A stretch of DNA of 64,000 bases from an uncultured Eubacteriales bacterium (GCA_934378145.1 CAKXXW010000003.1:13512-77511); one strand, 5' to 3'; positions 36,719-46,060 are shown, numbered from the stretch's first letter. Notes: generated from the sequence alone by a model not told the origin. A program made the numbers and translations.

Positions 36719-38224
36719 TTAACCGTGATACAGCTTTTTTGTCTGATACATGGGTTCACAGGTGAGGTTCACCCCGAGCTTGCCGAAGACCGAAGCGTCG
36801 ACCGATGAGAGGATGACGGTCGAGTGCGCCTCGCACCCCGTCAGCCCCGAGAGGCAGTCGAGCGCACGCTTGGCGTTTTCGTCGGTCAACGCGCAGATCG
36901 AGAGCGCGATAAGGATCTCGTCGGTATGAAGTCTCGGGTTATGGTTGCCCATATGGTTGGTCTTGAGGTGCTGGATCGGCTCGATGACGGTCGGCGAGAT
37001 CAGCTTATGCTCGCTGTCGATGCCGGCAAGCTCCTTTAAGGCGTTGAGAAGCGCCGCAGAGGACGCTCCGAGCAGGGCGGATGTCTTTCCGGTGACGATC
37101 CTTCCGTCGTTCAGCTCGATGGCGACTGCGGGAAGCGAGGTCTTTTCGGCTTTGGCGAGTGCAGCCTTCACGACCGGGCGGTCGTCGGGCGACACTCCGG
37201 CGGTGTTCATCAGAAGTTCGAGCTTCATTACCTCGGACTGGGACGCCTCGCCCTTTCTCACGGCGCAGAGAGCCGAATAGTAGCGGCGGACGATCTCCTG
37301 CTTTGACGCGCGGCAAACGGCGTCGTCGTCGGTGATGCAGAAGCCCGCCATATTGACTCCCATATCTGTGGGACTCTTGTAGGGACTCTCACCGAAGATG
37401 CGCGAGAACATAGCGCGAAGAACGGGGAATATCTCGATGTCGCGGTTATAGTTCACCGTGGTCGTCCCGTATTCGGCGAGGTGATAGGGGTCTATCATAT
37501 TGACATCGTTGAGGTCGGCGGTCGCCGCCTCGTATGCAAGGTTCACGGGGTGTTTGAGCGGCAGGTTCCAGACAGGGAAGGTCTCGAATTTCGCATATCC
37601 CGCCCTTACTCCGTGCAGATGTTCGTGGTAGAGCTGGGAGAGGCAGGTCTCCATCTTTCCGCTTCCGGGACCCGGGGCGGTAACGACGATGAGAGAGCGG
37701 CTCGTTTCGATATAATCATTCTTTCCGAAGCCGTTTTCGCTGATTATGGTGTTCACATTCGACGGATAGTCGGGAATCGGGAAATGGCGGTAGACCTGAA
37801 CCCCGAGCGATCTGAGCTTCTGCTCGAATTTCTCGGCGGCGGGCTGACCAGAACACATGGTGACGACGACGCTCCCGACATAGAGTCCTATCCCGCGGAA
37901 GGCGTCGATGAGCCGCATGACCTCCTGATCGTAGGTTATTCCGGAATCCCCGCGCCGCTTGTTCTGCTCGATCGCGTTCGCCGAGATAGAGATGATTATT
38001 TCAGCCTCATCCTTCAGGGCGAGCAGCATCTTTATCTTGCTGTCGGGGCAGAAGCCGGGAAGCACGCGCGAGGCGTGGTAATCGTCGAAGAGCTTGCCTC
38101 CGAACTCAAGGTAGAGCTTGCCTCCGATACCCGCGATCCGGTCACGGATGTTCTGTGTCTGGAGCCTTATGTACTTGTCGTTGTCAAAACCGAGTTTTTG
38201 CATATTCACCGCCGTAAAATTCAA
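36719..38224 (-). CDS. DUF1846 (UPF0371) family protein
   Basis: GFDNDKYIRLQTQNIRDRI...LYLEFGGKLFDDYHASRVLPGF is the characteristic N-terminus of the UPF0371 family. The true start may be the internal MQKLGF (38203). Confidence 0.7.
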   Translation of the reverse strand: MNFTAVNMQKLGFDNDKYIRLQTQNIRDRIAGIGGKLYLEFGGKLFDDYHASRVLPGFCPDSKIKMLLALKDEAEIIISISANAIEQNKRRGDSGITYDQEVMRLIDAFRGIGLYVGSVVVTMCSGQPAAEKFEQKLRSLGVQVYRHFPIPDYPSNVNTIISENGFGKNDYIETSRSLIVVTAPGPGSGKMETCLSQLYHEHLHGVRAGYAKFETFPVWNLPLKHPVNLAYEAATADLNDVNMIDPYHLAEYGTTTVNYNRDIEIFPVLRAMFSRIFGESPYKSPTDMGVNMAGFCITDDDAVCRASKQEIVRRYYSALCAVRKGEASQSEVMKLELLMNTAGVSPDDRPVVKAALAKAEKTSLPAVAIELNDGRIVTGKTSALLGASSAALLNALKELAGIDSEHKLISPTVIEPIQHLKTNHMGNHNPRLHTDEILIALSICALTDENAKRALDCLSGLTGCEAHSTVILSSVDASVFGKLGVNLTCEPMYQTKKLYHG

Positions 38225-38315
38225 AAATATCTTTATTATTATAAAACGGATGCCCCCTGTTCGTCAAGAGATTTTCCGACATTTTCCGGGTCATACAAAA
38301 ACTCTTTTTATTGTG

Positions 38316-38344
38316 TTGCATTTTTGCCGGAAATAATGTATAAT
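38316..38344 (+). promoter_or_regulatory. Sigma-A type promoter of mreB
   Basis: TTGCAT (38316-38321), 17-nt spacer, TATAAT (38339-38344). Confidence 0.5.
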
Positions 38345-38381
38345 AAACAGTGAATGAGAACTTATGGCTCCGGAGGCAGAA

Positions 38382-39419
38382 ATGTTCGAGAAACTGAAAT
38401 CCTTTTTCGGAAATGATATAGGTATTGACCTTGGTACCGCGTCGGTGCTTGTCTATGTGAAGGGCAAGGGCATCGTACTCAGGGAACCCTCGGTCGTGGC
38501 GATAGATACCTCGACGGATAAGATACTTAAGGTCGGGAGCGAGGCGCAGCAGATGCTCGGAAGGACTCCCGGCAATATCGTTGCGATCCGCCCTTTGCGT
38601 GAGGGCGTCATAAGCCAATACGAGGTCACGCTGAAAATGCTTCAATATTTTATCCGCCGCGCCTGCGGGAATATGTTCTTCAAGCCGAAGGTCATGATCT
38701 GCGTTCCCACGGGGATCACCGAGGTCGAGGAAAGGGCGGTCGTCGCCGCCTCCAATCAGGCGGGCGCGAGGCAGACTCACCTCATAGAGGAGCCGGTCGC
38801 CGCGGCGATAGGGGCCGGACTTGACATTTCGGATCCCACCGGCAGAATGGTCGTCGACATCGGCGGCGGTACGACCGACATCGCGGTAATCTCGCTCGGC
38901 GGGATAGTCGTTTCCGATTCGATAAAGGTCGCCGGAGACAAGATGGATGAGGCTATCATGAGGTATGTGCGCAGGACCTACAATATGCTGATAGGCGAAC
39001 GCACCGCCGAACGGATAAAGATATCGATCGGCGCGATCTACGAGCATAAGCGCCCGAAGACTATCAAGGTAAAGGGCAGGGATCTGCGTGACGGACTTCC
39101 GAAGGAGGTACTTATCAGTTCAACTGAAATGCTCGAAGCATTATATGAACCGATAGAGAGCATCCTTGATTCCGTGTGTTCGGTCATCGAGCGTACACCG
39201 CCCGAGCTTGTAGGCGATATACTTCAGCACGGCATCACTCTGACAGGCGGAGGAAGCCTCATCTACGGCTTCGATAAGCTCATTACGAAGGTGACGGGCA
39301 TAAGCGCAAGAGTCGCTGACGATCCCATCTCCTGCGTCGCCATAGGCACCGGCGAATCGCTCGAAAACCTTGCCGCTATCCCCGAGGGCAGCGTCAATTT
39401 CTCGAAATATAAAAACTGA
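38382..39419 (+). CDS. mreB: Rod shape-determining actin homologue MreB
   Basis: DIGIDLGTASVLVYVKGKGIVLREPSVVA, DIGGGTTDIAV, and LTGGGSL. I chose the start at the ATG at 38382, after GGAGG. Confidence 0.92.
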   Translation: MFEKLKSFFGNDIGIDLGTASVLVYVKGKGIVLREPSVVAIDTSTDKILKVGSEAQQMLGRTPGNIVAIRPLREGVISQYEVTLKMLQYFIRRACGNMFFKPKVMICVPTGITEVEERAVVAASNQAGARQTHLIEEPVAAAIGAGLDISDPTGRMVVDIGGGTTDIAVISLGGIVVSDSIKVAGDKMDEAIMRYVRRTYNMLIGERTAERIKISIGAIYEHKRPKTIKVKGRDLRDGLPKEVLISSTEMLEALYEPIESILDSVCSVIERTPPELVGDILQHGITLTGGGSLIYGFDKLITKVTGISARVADDPISCVAIGTGESLENLAAIPEGSVNFSKYKN

Positions 39420-39450
39420 TATACTGCTACATATATAAGGAGGTTGTTTT

Positions 39451-40881
39451 ATGGAATACATCATACACGGCAGGAAGCCCGAAAATCTTTTCCGCTTCTT
39501 CGAGGAGATCTCCGCAATCCCGCGCGGGTCGGGAAACGAGAAGGGCATCGCCGACTATCTTGAAAATTTTGCGAAAGTCAGGGGGCTTGAGTGCTACCGC
39601 GATCGGGTGAATAATATATTTATTAAAATGAAGGGAAGCGCGGGGCGCGAAAATGAGCCTGCCGTGCTGCTTCAGGCTCACACCGATATGGTCTGCGAAA
39701 AGAACGAGGGAGTCAAACACGATTTTCTGAAAGACGGACTCGAGCTTTACCTTGACGGAAGGTTTCTCCGCGCGCGCGGGACGACTCTCGGAGCCGATGA
39801 CGGTATCGGAGTCGTGACGGCGCTCGCCTTCCTTGACGGTGCGTCGGAATCTCACCCGCCGCTCGAGTGCCTCTTTACGACCTCGGAGGAGACGGGAATG
39901 GACGGCGTGAACGGCTTCGATTTCTCGCATGTTTCGGCGCGGAAGATGCTCAACCTCGACTCGGAGGACATCGGCACGGCAATCGTCGGCTGCGCCGGCG
40001 GAGTCAGAGTGCGCCTCACCCTTAAGGGAACGCCCGAGGCGGCGGTGGGGAAGACCCTGCGCCTCTGCGTAAAGGGGCTTGCCGGCGGACATTCGGGCAG
40101 CAACATTGCCGACGGGCGCACGAACGCTAATAAGCTGATGGGAAGGATCCTGCTCGCACTCGGCGATGATCTGAGGCTCGTAAGCCTCACCGGAGGAGGC
40201 AAATCGAACGCTATTCCGCGTGAGTGCGAGGCGCTTATCGTCACACCCGACGCAGAGAAGACCGCAAAACTCGCAAAGAGCGTCGCGACGGGCATTGCCG
40301 GAGAGCTCGGCGAGTGGGATAACGGCTTTGAATTCATCTGCGAGGAGGTTTCGGATCAATCGAAAGCATTTAGCGCTCAATTGACCGCAAAAGCTCTTGC
40401 AATGATCGGAATCCCCGCAAACGGCGTTCTTGAGATGAGCAAAAGGATCGACGGTTTCGTCGAATACTCGAGGAACCTCGGGGTCATCAGAACGAAGGAA
40501 GACGGCATCTCCTTCACCTTCTTTGCCCGCTCGGCGATCGAGGGTCAGCTCGACGCGACCTGCTGTGAGCTTGCGTCGCTTGCGAAGCTCTGCGGCGCGG
40601 AGATGAAGATCAACGAGCGCTACCGCGGATGGGACTATTCGCCCGAGTCCGAGGTGCGCGATGCCTACGCGGCGGCATATAAGAGGGTCACGGGCAAGGA
40701 TATAAACATCGCCGCGATCCACGCGGGACTTGAGTGTGGAGTGATAAAGGAGCGGATCCCCGATATGGACATCATAGCGATCGGCCCCGACGCGATAGAC
40801 ATTCATTCGCCCGACGAAAAGCTCGACCTTGACACGGCGGAGACATTTTTCGCGGTTATCGCCGAAATGCTGGCGAAATAA
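39451..40881 (+). CDS. pepD: Aminoacyl-histidine dipeptidase (PepD, M20C family)
   Basis: FEEISAIPRGSGNEKGIADYL, LQAHTDMVCEK, and GADDGIGV. Confidence 0.85.
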   Translation: MEYIIHGRKPENLFRFFEEISAIPRGSGNEKGIADYLENFAKVRGLECYRDRVNNIFIKMKGSAGRENEPAVLLQAHTDMVCEKNEGVKHDFLKDGLELYLDGRFLRARGTTLGADDGIGVVTALAFLDGASESHPPLECLFTTSEETGMDGVNGFDFSHVSARKMLNLDSEDIGTAIVGCAGGVRVRLTLKGTPEAAVGKTLRLCVKGLAGGHSGSNIADGRTNANKLMGRILLALGDDLRLVSLTGGGKSNAIPRECEALIVTPDAEKTAKLAKSVATGIAGELGEWDNGFEFICEEVSDQSKAFSAQLTAKALAMIGIPANGVLEMSKRIDGFVEYSRNLGVIRTKEDGISFTFFARSAIEGQLDATCCELASLAKLCGAEMKINERYRGWDYSPESEVRDAYAAAYKRVTGKDINIAAIHAGLECGVIKERIPDMDIIAIGPDAIDIHSPDEKLDLDTAETFFAVIAEMLAK

Positions 40882-40900
40882 GCGTATATATATTTTAATG

Positions 40901-40929
40901 AAGGAGAGGCGCGTCCGCCTCTCCTTTTT
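40901..40929 (+). terminator. Intrinsic terminator of pepD
   Basis: AAGGAGAGGCG-CGTC-CGCCTCTCCTT followed by TTT. Confidence 0.75.
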
Positions 40930-41015
40930 GCCGCCGGACAGGCATAATAGATACCAAAAATGCCCTTCACGATTTGTGGAAAGTATTCAAAAATTCACGA
41001 AAATTCGCAGATGTG

Positions 41016-41044
41016 TTGACATTTTTTACGACGGATGATATAAT
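41016..41044 (+). promoter_or_regulatory. Perfect consensus sigma-A promoter of the first beta-helix surface protein gene
   Basis: TTGACA (41016-41021), 17-nt spacer, TATAAT (41039-41044), bracketed by the 8-bp inverted repeat GTTGACAT / ATGTCAAC. Confidence 0.65.
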
Positions 41045-41098
41045 GATGTCAACTATAAAGCCGAAAGGCGTATAGAAAAAACAACAAGGAGACAAATA

Positions 41099-44000
41099 AT
41101 GAAACGCTCACTTTCACTTGTTCTTGTGTTAGCTTTGGTCATCGGTATGTTCTCTGTATTCGCGATTTCCGCGGGTGCCGAAGATACGACCGCAGCGCCC
41201 GAAGCTCCCACAGAGCCCACGACTCCTACGGAACCTACATTCCCCGAGGGTGCCGTGGCTATTGCCACCGCAGAAGAATTTGCGGCGATGGAAGCCGGTA
41301 AGTACTACTATCTTACCGCCGACATCACTGTCGCAGCTACTTACGAGACCGATTTTACCGGAACATTCGACGGTAACGGTCATACCGTCACGACCTCTGT
41401 GGCTCTTTTCAAGACACTGAAGGGTGCAACTGTAAAGAACCTTACTCTCAATGGTGAAGTCACTGCGGCGGCTGACGACAATCGTGCGGCAGTTCTGGCA
41501 AAAAATGCAAGTAAGGTCACGATTGAGAATGTTGTCAACAATGCCAACCTCAATGCAAGCTGCAAGGGCGGCTATGTCGGCGGCTTCATTGCACAGGGCT
41601 CGACCGGCGGCGGAACGGCGAAGACTCATGAAAAGAGCTATTTCACCAACTGCGTCAATAACGGTAATATTACTTATGTTTACGAAGACGCCGCGAATCA
41701 GGATACTCCCCGTGTTGCCGGTATAATCGGTAATGTCGCGAAGTATCAACACGGCGTATATACCAACTGCGTAAACAACGGTAAAGTCAGTGTCACCGGA
41801 GCCGGACTCAAAGGCGCTCCCTACGTAGCAGGTATTGCCGGAAGCTCATTCGGCGGAGATTTCGTAAACTGCGTCAACAACGGCGACCTTTACTGCACCG
41901 CGGGTGCCCATATGGGCGGTATCCTCGGCAGAGGAACTCCCTCCTCGCAGGACACCAATCAGTCGTCGACTGCTACCGGATGCGTCAACAACGGTAACCT
42001 TACGATAGCAACCGATCCCGCCATAACAAGCGGCTCGCTCGGCGGCATCTTCGGTCATTGCGGTGTTACGATGAAGAAGACCGCAAACGCCATTTACACT
42101 GTCGAGAAATGCGTCAACACAGGTACTCTTACCTGCAGCGGTTCGCAGGCCGGCGGTATGATCGGTTATGTCTGGGGATCCAACAACGAAAAGACATGGT
42201 CGTATCCCGTGATAAAGGATTGCATCAATGTCGGTAAGCTCGTCGGTACGAAGAATGCCACCCCCGAGACCGAACCCGACACCACATTCTTCCGCGCTAC
42301 CTACCTTTCGCACTTCGTTGGTTATGTCAACGCCAGCAATACCATTATCGATAATTGCTTCGGTCTTGGCACGCTTGAGAACACCAATGACGATTATAAT
42401 GTTATCTTCGGACTTTCCTCCGATGTTGCTCTTAACTTTAAGATAGGTAATATTTACCTTGCTCCCAACGACGGAACAAAGAACTATTCCTACGGTCATG
42501 ATGCTTGGGTTGATACCAAAGACGAAGCAGGCAATCCTGTTAAGGATGATGCGGGCAAGACAGTTCAGCATCTCGAAGACAGAAGCGCAAACCGTATCAC
42601 CATTGCGGCGTATCAGGCAAATACTGACATGGCAGGCAATGTTGTCAACGACAAGGATGTCTTCGCGACAGACGGAACCACTGCTTCTCTCATCGAGGCT
42701 ACCGTTACTGCTATCAACGCAAATGACAACGGATTCTTCTTCGTTGACGGCGGCAAGGTCAACAGCCTTGAGGCTGCTGTTGCGGCGGTCAAGGACGGCG
42801 GAACGATCGTTCTTCTCAACGATGTCACCCTTGCGGCTGCTGCTACGGTCGAGAAGAGCAATATGACCTTCACGATCGACGGCGCGGGTCACACCCTTAC
42901 CGGATCGGTCACTCTCAAGACCCCCGGATGCACTGTCAATGTCAACAATCTTAAGGTAGTCGGCAATGTTGTCACCGATGTCAACACTGCCGAAACTATG
43001 GCTACACTCAATGCAAACGGTCTCGAGATCGACGCTACCGCAAAAGGTACTGCTCTCACCAACAACGGTTTCTGGAATATAAACCTTGAAGGTTGCAGAT
43101 TTGTTTCCAAGAGCGCTGCATTCGACAACAAGCTTTCGGGCGGTTGCGATAATGCAAAAATCGTTATCAACAAATCTTATTTTGAAGGTAAAGAATCTTA
43201 CGCTATATACCTCAGACAGGGTTGCGAAGCCGTAATCACAGATTCTACCCTTATCTCGTCCAAGAATTCGGGTATTCAGATGATTACCGCTACCGAGGGC
43301 AAGGGCACGACCCTCAGACTCAATAACTGCAATATCACATCGACAACCGCTTATTGCGTGGCTGTCAACCCCTTCAACAAGGTCTATATCAACGGCGGTG
43401 TTTATGCTACCACTAATAAGGATGCCTGTATAAATGTCAACGGAGAAAACGCTTACTGCGAAATCAGAAGCGGTTCGTTCACATCCAACCAGAACTGCGC
43501 GGCGAGAGCCTACGGTGCAGGTGCAACTCTTGATATCTATGACGGTGAGTTCTACTACACCGGAACCGCCGGCGGAAGCGCTATCCGCGGCGGAACCAAG
43601 GATAAGGGCGGCACGATCAATATCCACGGCGGCGTGTTCAGCTCGGCGGGAACCGAGTATGCCGTTATCAACGGTGTACATGCCGACAGCGTTATAACCA
43701 TCAACGCAGGTAAGTTCATCAACGCCGGTACGGCTGTCATTCCGGTTTACACGAAGACCGGCTCTGCCGGAACCGATTCGATCGACTTCCCGGAAGGCCA
43801 GAAGGAATTCGTGCTTGGGAATCCCACTCCTTCCGACACCACCACTGAGAACAAACCCGGCGACACCACCACCGAAAACAAGCCCGGTGACACCACCACC
43901 GAGAATAAGCCCGGTGACACTACCACCGAGAACAAGCCCGGCGACAACACCACTACCGAAAGCAAGCCCACCGATTCCAACAAGCCCGGTGACACCACCA

Positions 44001-44116
44001 CCGGTGCTACCGAAGAGGGCGGATGCAACGGTTGCGGCGGTTTCGCAGCAGCGGCTCAGGTAGTTGCTCTTCTCGTTGGCGTCGTGGGCGTTGCCCTCGT
44101 CGTAAAGCGCAAATAA
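41099..44116 (+). CDS. Large secreted beta-helix (GLUG-like/PbH1-like repeat) surface protein with a Thr/Pro-rich stalk and a Cys-containing C-terminal anchor
   Basis: Signal peptide MKRSLSLVLVLALVIGMFSVFAISAGA. FTGTFDGNGHTVTTS module. Periodic GG[FIM]I[AG] motifs (GGFIAQG, AGIIGNV, AGIAGSS, GGILGRG, GGIFGHC, GGMIGYV). 4x TTTENKPGD repeats. Tail EEGGCNGCGGFAAAAQVVALLVGVVGVALVVKRK. Confidence 0.8.
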   Translation: MKRSLSLVLVLALVIGMFSVFAISAGAEDTTAAPEAPTEPTTPTEPTFPEGAVAIATAEEFAAMEAGKYYYLTADITVAATYETDFTGTFDGNGHTVTTSVALFKTLKGATVKNLTLNGEVTAAADDNRAAVLAKNASKVTIENVVNNANLNASCKGGYVGGFIAQGSTGGGTAKTHEKSYFTNCVNNGNITYVYEDAANQDTPRVAGIIGNVAKYQHGVYTNCVNNGKVSVTGAGLKGAPYVAGIAGSSFGGDFVNCVNNGDLYCTAGAHMGGILGRGTPSSQDTNQSSTATGCVNNGNLTIATDPAITSGSLGGIFGHCGVTMKKTANAIYTVEKCVNTGTLTCSGSQAGGMIGYVWGSNNEKTWSYPVIKDCINVGKLVGTKNATPETEPDTTFFRATYLSHFVGYVNASNTIIDNCFGLGTLENTNDDYNVIFGLSSDVALNFKIGNIYLAPNDGTKNYSYGHDAWVDTKDEAGNPVKDDAGKTVQHLEDRSANRITIAAYQANTDMAGNVVNDKDVFATDGTTASLIEATVTAINANDNGFFFVDGGKVNSLEAAVAAVKDGGTIVLLNDVTLAAAATVEKSNMTFTIDGAGHTLTGSVTLKTPGCTVNVNNLKVVGNVVTDVNTAETMATLNANGLEIDATAKGTALTNNGFWNINLEGCRFVSKSAAFDNKLSGGCDNAKIVINKSYFEGKESYAIYLRQGCEAVITDSTLISSKNSGIQMITATEGKGTTLRLNNCNITSTTAYCVAVNPFNKVYINGGVYATTNKDACINVNGENAYCEIRSGSFTSNQNCAARAYGAGATLDIYDGEFYYTGTAGGSAIRGGTKDKGGTINIHGGVFSSAGTEYAVINGVHADSVITINAGKFINAGTAVIPVYTKTGSAGTDSIDFPEGQKEFVLGNPTPSDTTTENKPGDTTTENKPGDTTTENKPGDTTTENKPGDNTTTESKPTDSNKPGDTTTGATEEGGCNGCGGFAAAAQVVALLVGVVGVALVVKRK
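43835..43942 (+). repeat. Four in-frame 27-bp tandem repeats encoding DTTTENKPG, followed by degenerate copies
   Basis: Units at 43835-43861, 43862-43888, 43889-43915 and 43916-43942. The copies differ only at synonymous positions. Confidence 0.85.
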
Positions 44117-44149
44117 TCCCAACGGTTAAAAAGTAAAAAACTTTTTTAA

Positions 44150-44191
44150 GCGCATCCTCCCCTTCGGAGGGGAGGATGCGCGGTATTTTTT
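44150..44191 (+). terminator. Intrinsic terminator between the two surface protein genes
   Basis: 13-bp stem GCGCATCCTCCCC / GGGGAGGATGCGC followed by GGTATTTTTT. Confidence 0.8.
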
Positions 44192-44212
44192 GACAGAACA
44201 GGAATTATTATA

Positions 44213-46009
44213 ATGAAAAAGATTATTTCAATTGTCGTTGCTGTCCTCATGGCAGCAACACTTTTTGCGGCTCTCCCCTTCGCCGTTTCGGCTGACGAGA
44301 CGCCCGCAACTCCTGCCGCCCCCGAAGGCACCGCTGTAAAGACCACAGAGGAATTTATGGCTATGGTCGACGGCGGTACATACTATCTTGACGCGGACAT
44401 CGTTATTTCCGAGACAAAGGCGTCCTTCACCGGAACCCTTGACGGAAACGGTCATGCGATAGTTACCTCTGCACCTATATTCCAGAACCTCGGAGATGCG
44501 ACAATTAAAAATCTCACCATTACCGGTGAAGTCGCAAAAGACACCACCAAAGATTGGAGCGCCGCCCTTGCCGTATATGTCGTTTCTTCTGCGACCGTCA
44601 CGATCGAGAATGTTGTCAACGCCGCAAATGTCAGCGGCAAACGCGTCGGCGGCTTCATTACCGACACTGTTGCCGGAGCTACCGTTGACGGCGTCTTCAA
44701 GCCCACGACCGTAAAGTTTATCAACTGCGCAAACACCGGCGCAATGAACGGCACCGAGCTTGTCGGAGGCTTCCTCGCCTACCCGCACGGCGATGTTCTC
44801 GAGATGACCAACTGCAAGAACACCGGAAAGATCACATCTACCGGTTATGCTGCCGGTCTGGTCGCGCGCTTCGGTCCCAATGCGACATATTCGGCTGACA
44901 TGAAAGCTACCTTCACAAACTGCGTCAACACCGCTGAAGTAAACAGCAGCGGTGAGTATGCCGGCGGTATCCTTGCTTATTCGCGCGGAAGCTACCTTAA
45001 GTTCGACTCCTGCGTCAATGAGGGCAAGGTCACCAATACCTCGAAGGGTGTCGGCGGTATCGCCGGATACCTCGGATACAAAAACGGGCAGTCCGTCGTT
45101 GCGGATTTCGTAAAATGCGTCAACAAGGGCGAGATCGTTCTCAACAAGGTTGATGCCGGTGGATCTGCAGCCGCCGGAGCTATGGTCGGTTATGTTTACG
45201 GAATCGGAAAAGATGAAACCGGCAGAGCCGGTGTGGATTCCTGCATAAACCTCGGCACGATAACTACCGGTTGGTACGGCTCGCAGTTCATCGGTTACTG
45301 CAACTCGAAATACTGCTTTATTAAGAACAGCATCGCTGCGGGAAGCGTAAAGGCTCTTGAAGGTACCTCGAAATTTTATTCCTGCGTTATCGGATGCTCG
45401 AGCGCCGATCTTACCGCATGCGAAATAAAGAATGTTTTCTACCTTGAAAACGACGGCACCGAATATTATTCTTATGCGACCGCCGATGCCAACAGCGGCA
45501 ACATAGTGAAGCTCACAAATTACCTCAGCGCTGATGCGACCAAGGACAATATCACGGTCGTCACCGCAGAGGATCTTGCAAGCGGTAAGGTCGCGTACAG
45601 GCTCAACAAGGCTGCCGGCGAGACTGTCGTTTATCAGACCCTCGGCACCGATACCGTTCCTGTTCTCGACAATACTCACGGTGTAGTTTACCTCAACAAC
45701 GGTGCCTACTCGAACACCGCTCCCGACCCGAATGACACAAGCACGGAGCCTGTCGAAGATACCACCGCTGACGGCGGTGACAACACCACCACCGAAAGCA
45801 AGCCCAACGAATCCGACAAGCCCGGTGACAATACCACTACCGAAAATCAGCCCACCGACTCCAAGCCTACTGATTCTAAGCCCACCGACACCACCGGTGC
45901 TGCCGAAGAGGGCGGATGCAACGGTTGCGGCGGATTCGCAGCAGCGGCTCAGGCAGTTGCTCTCCTTGTCGGCGTTGCGGGCGTTGCCCTCGTCGTCAAG
46001 CGCAAATAA
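44213..46009 (+). CDS. Paralogous secreted beta-helix surface protein with the same Cys-containing C-terminal anchor
   Basis: Signal peptide MKKIISIVVAVLMAATLFAALPFAVSA. FTGTLDGNGHAIVTS. GG[FI]xx motifs (GGFITDT, GGFLAYP, AGLVARF, GGILAYS, GGIAGYL). Stalk NTTTESKPNESDKPGDNTTTENQPTDSKPTDSKPTD. Tail EEGGCNGCGGFAAAAQAVALLVGVAGVALVVKRK. Confidence 0.8.
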   Translation: MKKIISIVVAVLMAATLFAALPFAVSADETPATPAAPEGTAVKTTEEFMAMVDGGTYYLDADIVISETKASFTGTLDGNGHAIVTSAPIFQNLGDATIKNLTITGEVAKDTTKDWSAALAVYVVSSATVTIENVVNAANVSGKRVGGFITDTVAGATVDGVFKPTTVKFINCANTGAMNGTELVGGFLAYPHGDVLEMTNCKNTGKITSTGYAAGLVARFGPNATYSADMKATFTNCVNTAEVNSSGEYAGGILAYSRGSYLKFDSCVNEGKVTNTSKGVGGIAGYLGYKNGQSVVADFVKCVNKGEIVLNKVDAGGSAAAGAMVGYVYGIGKDETGRAGVDSCINLGTITTGWYGSQFIGYCNSKYCFIKNSIAAGSVKALEGTSKFYSCVIGCSSADLTACEIKNVFYLENDGTEYYSYATADANSGNIVKLTNYLSADATKDNITVVTAEDLASGKVAYRLNKAAGETVVYQTLGTDTVPVLDNTHGVVYLNNGAYSNTAPDPNDTSTEPVEDTTADGGDNTTTESKPNESDKPGDNTTTENQPTDSKPTDSKPTDTTGAAEEGGCNGCGGFAAAAQAVALLVGVAGVALVVKRK

Positions 46010-46027
46010 TCTCTTCTGAAAATTTAT

Positions 46028-46060
46028 TCAGCCTCCCGAAAACGGGAGGCTGAATTTTTT
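46028..46060 (+). terminator. Intrinsic terminator after the second surface protein gene
   Basis: TTCAGCCTCCCG-AAAA-CGGGAGGCTGAA followed by TTTTTT. Confidence 0.85.

Noticed and set aside
39427-40806. 459-aa minus-strand ORF opposite pepD. Comparable antisense ORFs lie at 3330-4406, 22085-23080, 38184-39047, 52896-53972, 53969-55258, 59251-60516 and 60870-61973.
   Set aside because: Each lies opposite a gene with strong family motifs. All show Arg/Gly/Asp-rich composition and lack translation signals.
43835-43990. Regularly spaced short direct repeats that could look like a CRISPR array.
   Set aside because: The units are contiguous 27-bp in-frame repeats with no spacers, inside a long ORF, and they encode a Thr/Pro-rich stalk. 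No cas genes or leader sequence are present.
41846-44122. 758-aa minus-strand ORF opposite the first beta-helix surface protein gene. There is a similar 483-aa ORF at 44228-45679 opposite the second.
   Set aside because: These are reverse-complement reading frames of repeat-rich genes that use few codons whose complements are stop codons. The sense strand has a signal peptide, an RBS, a promoter and a terminator. The antisense frames have none.
44186-44215. TTGACA ... TATAAT pair just upstream of the second surface-protein gene.
   Set aside because: The spacer is only 13 nt, and the TATAAT overlaps the ATG start codon itself (tataATG). It cannot serve as the promoter for this start. It is probably a chance AT-rich match.
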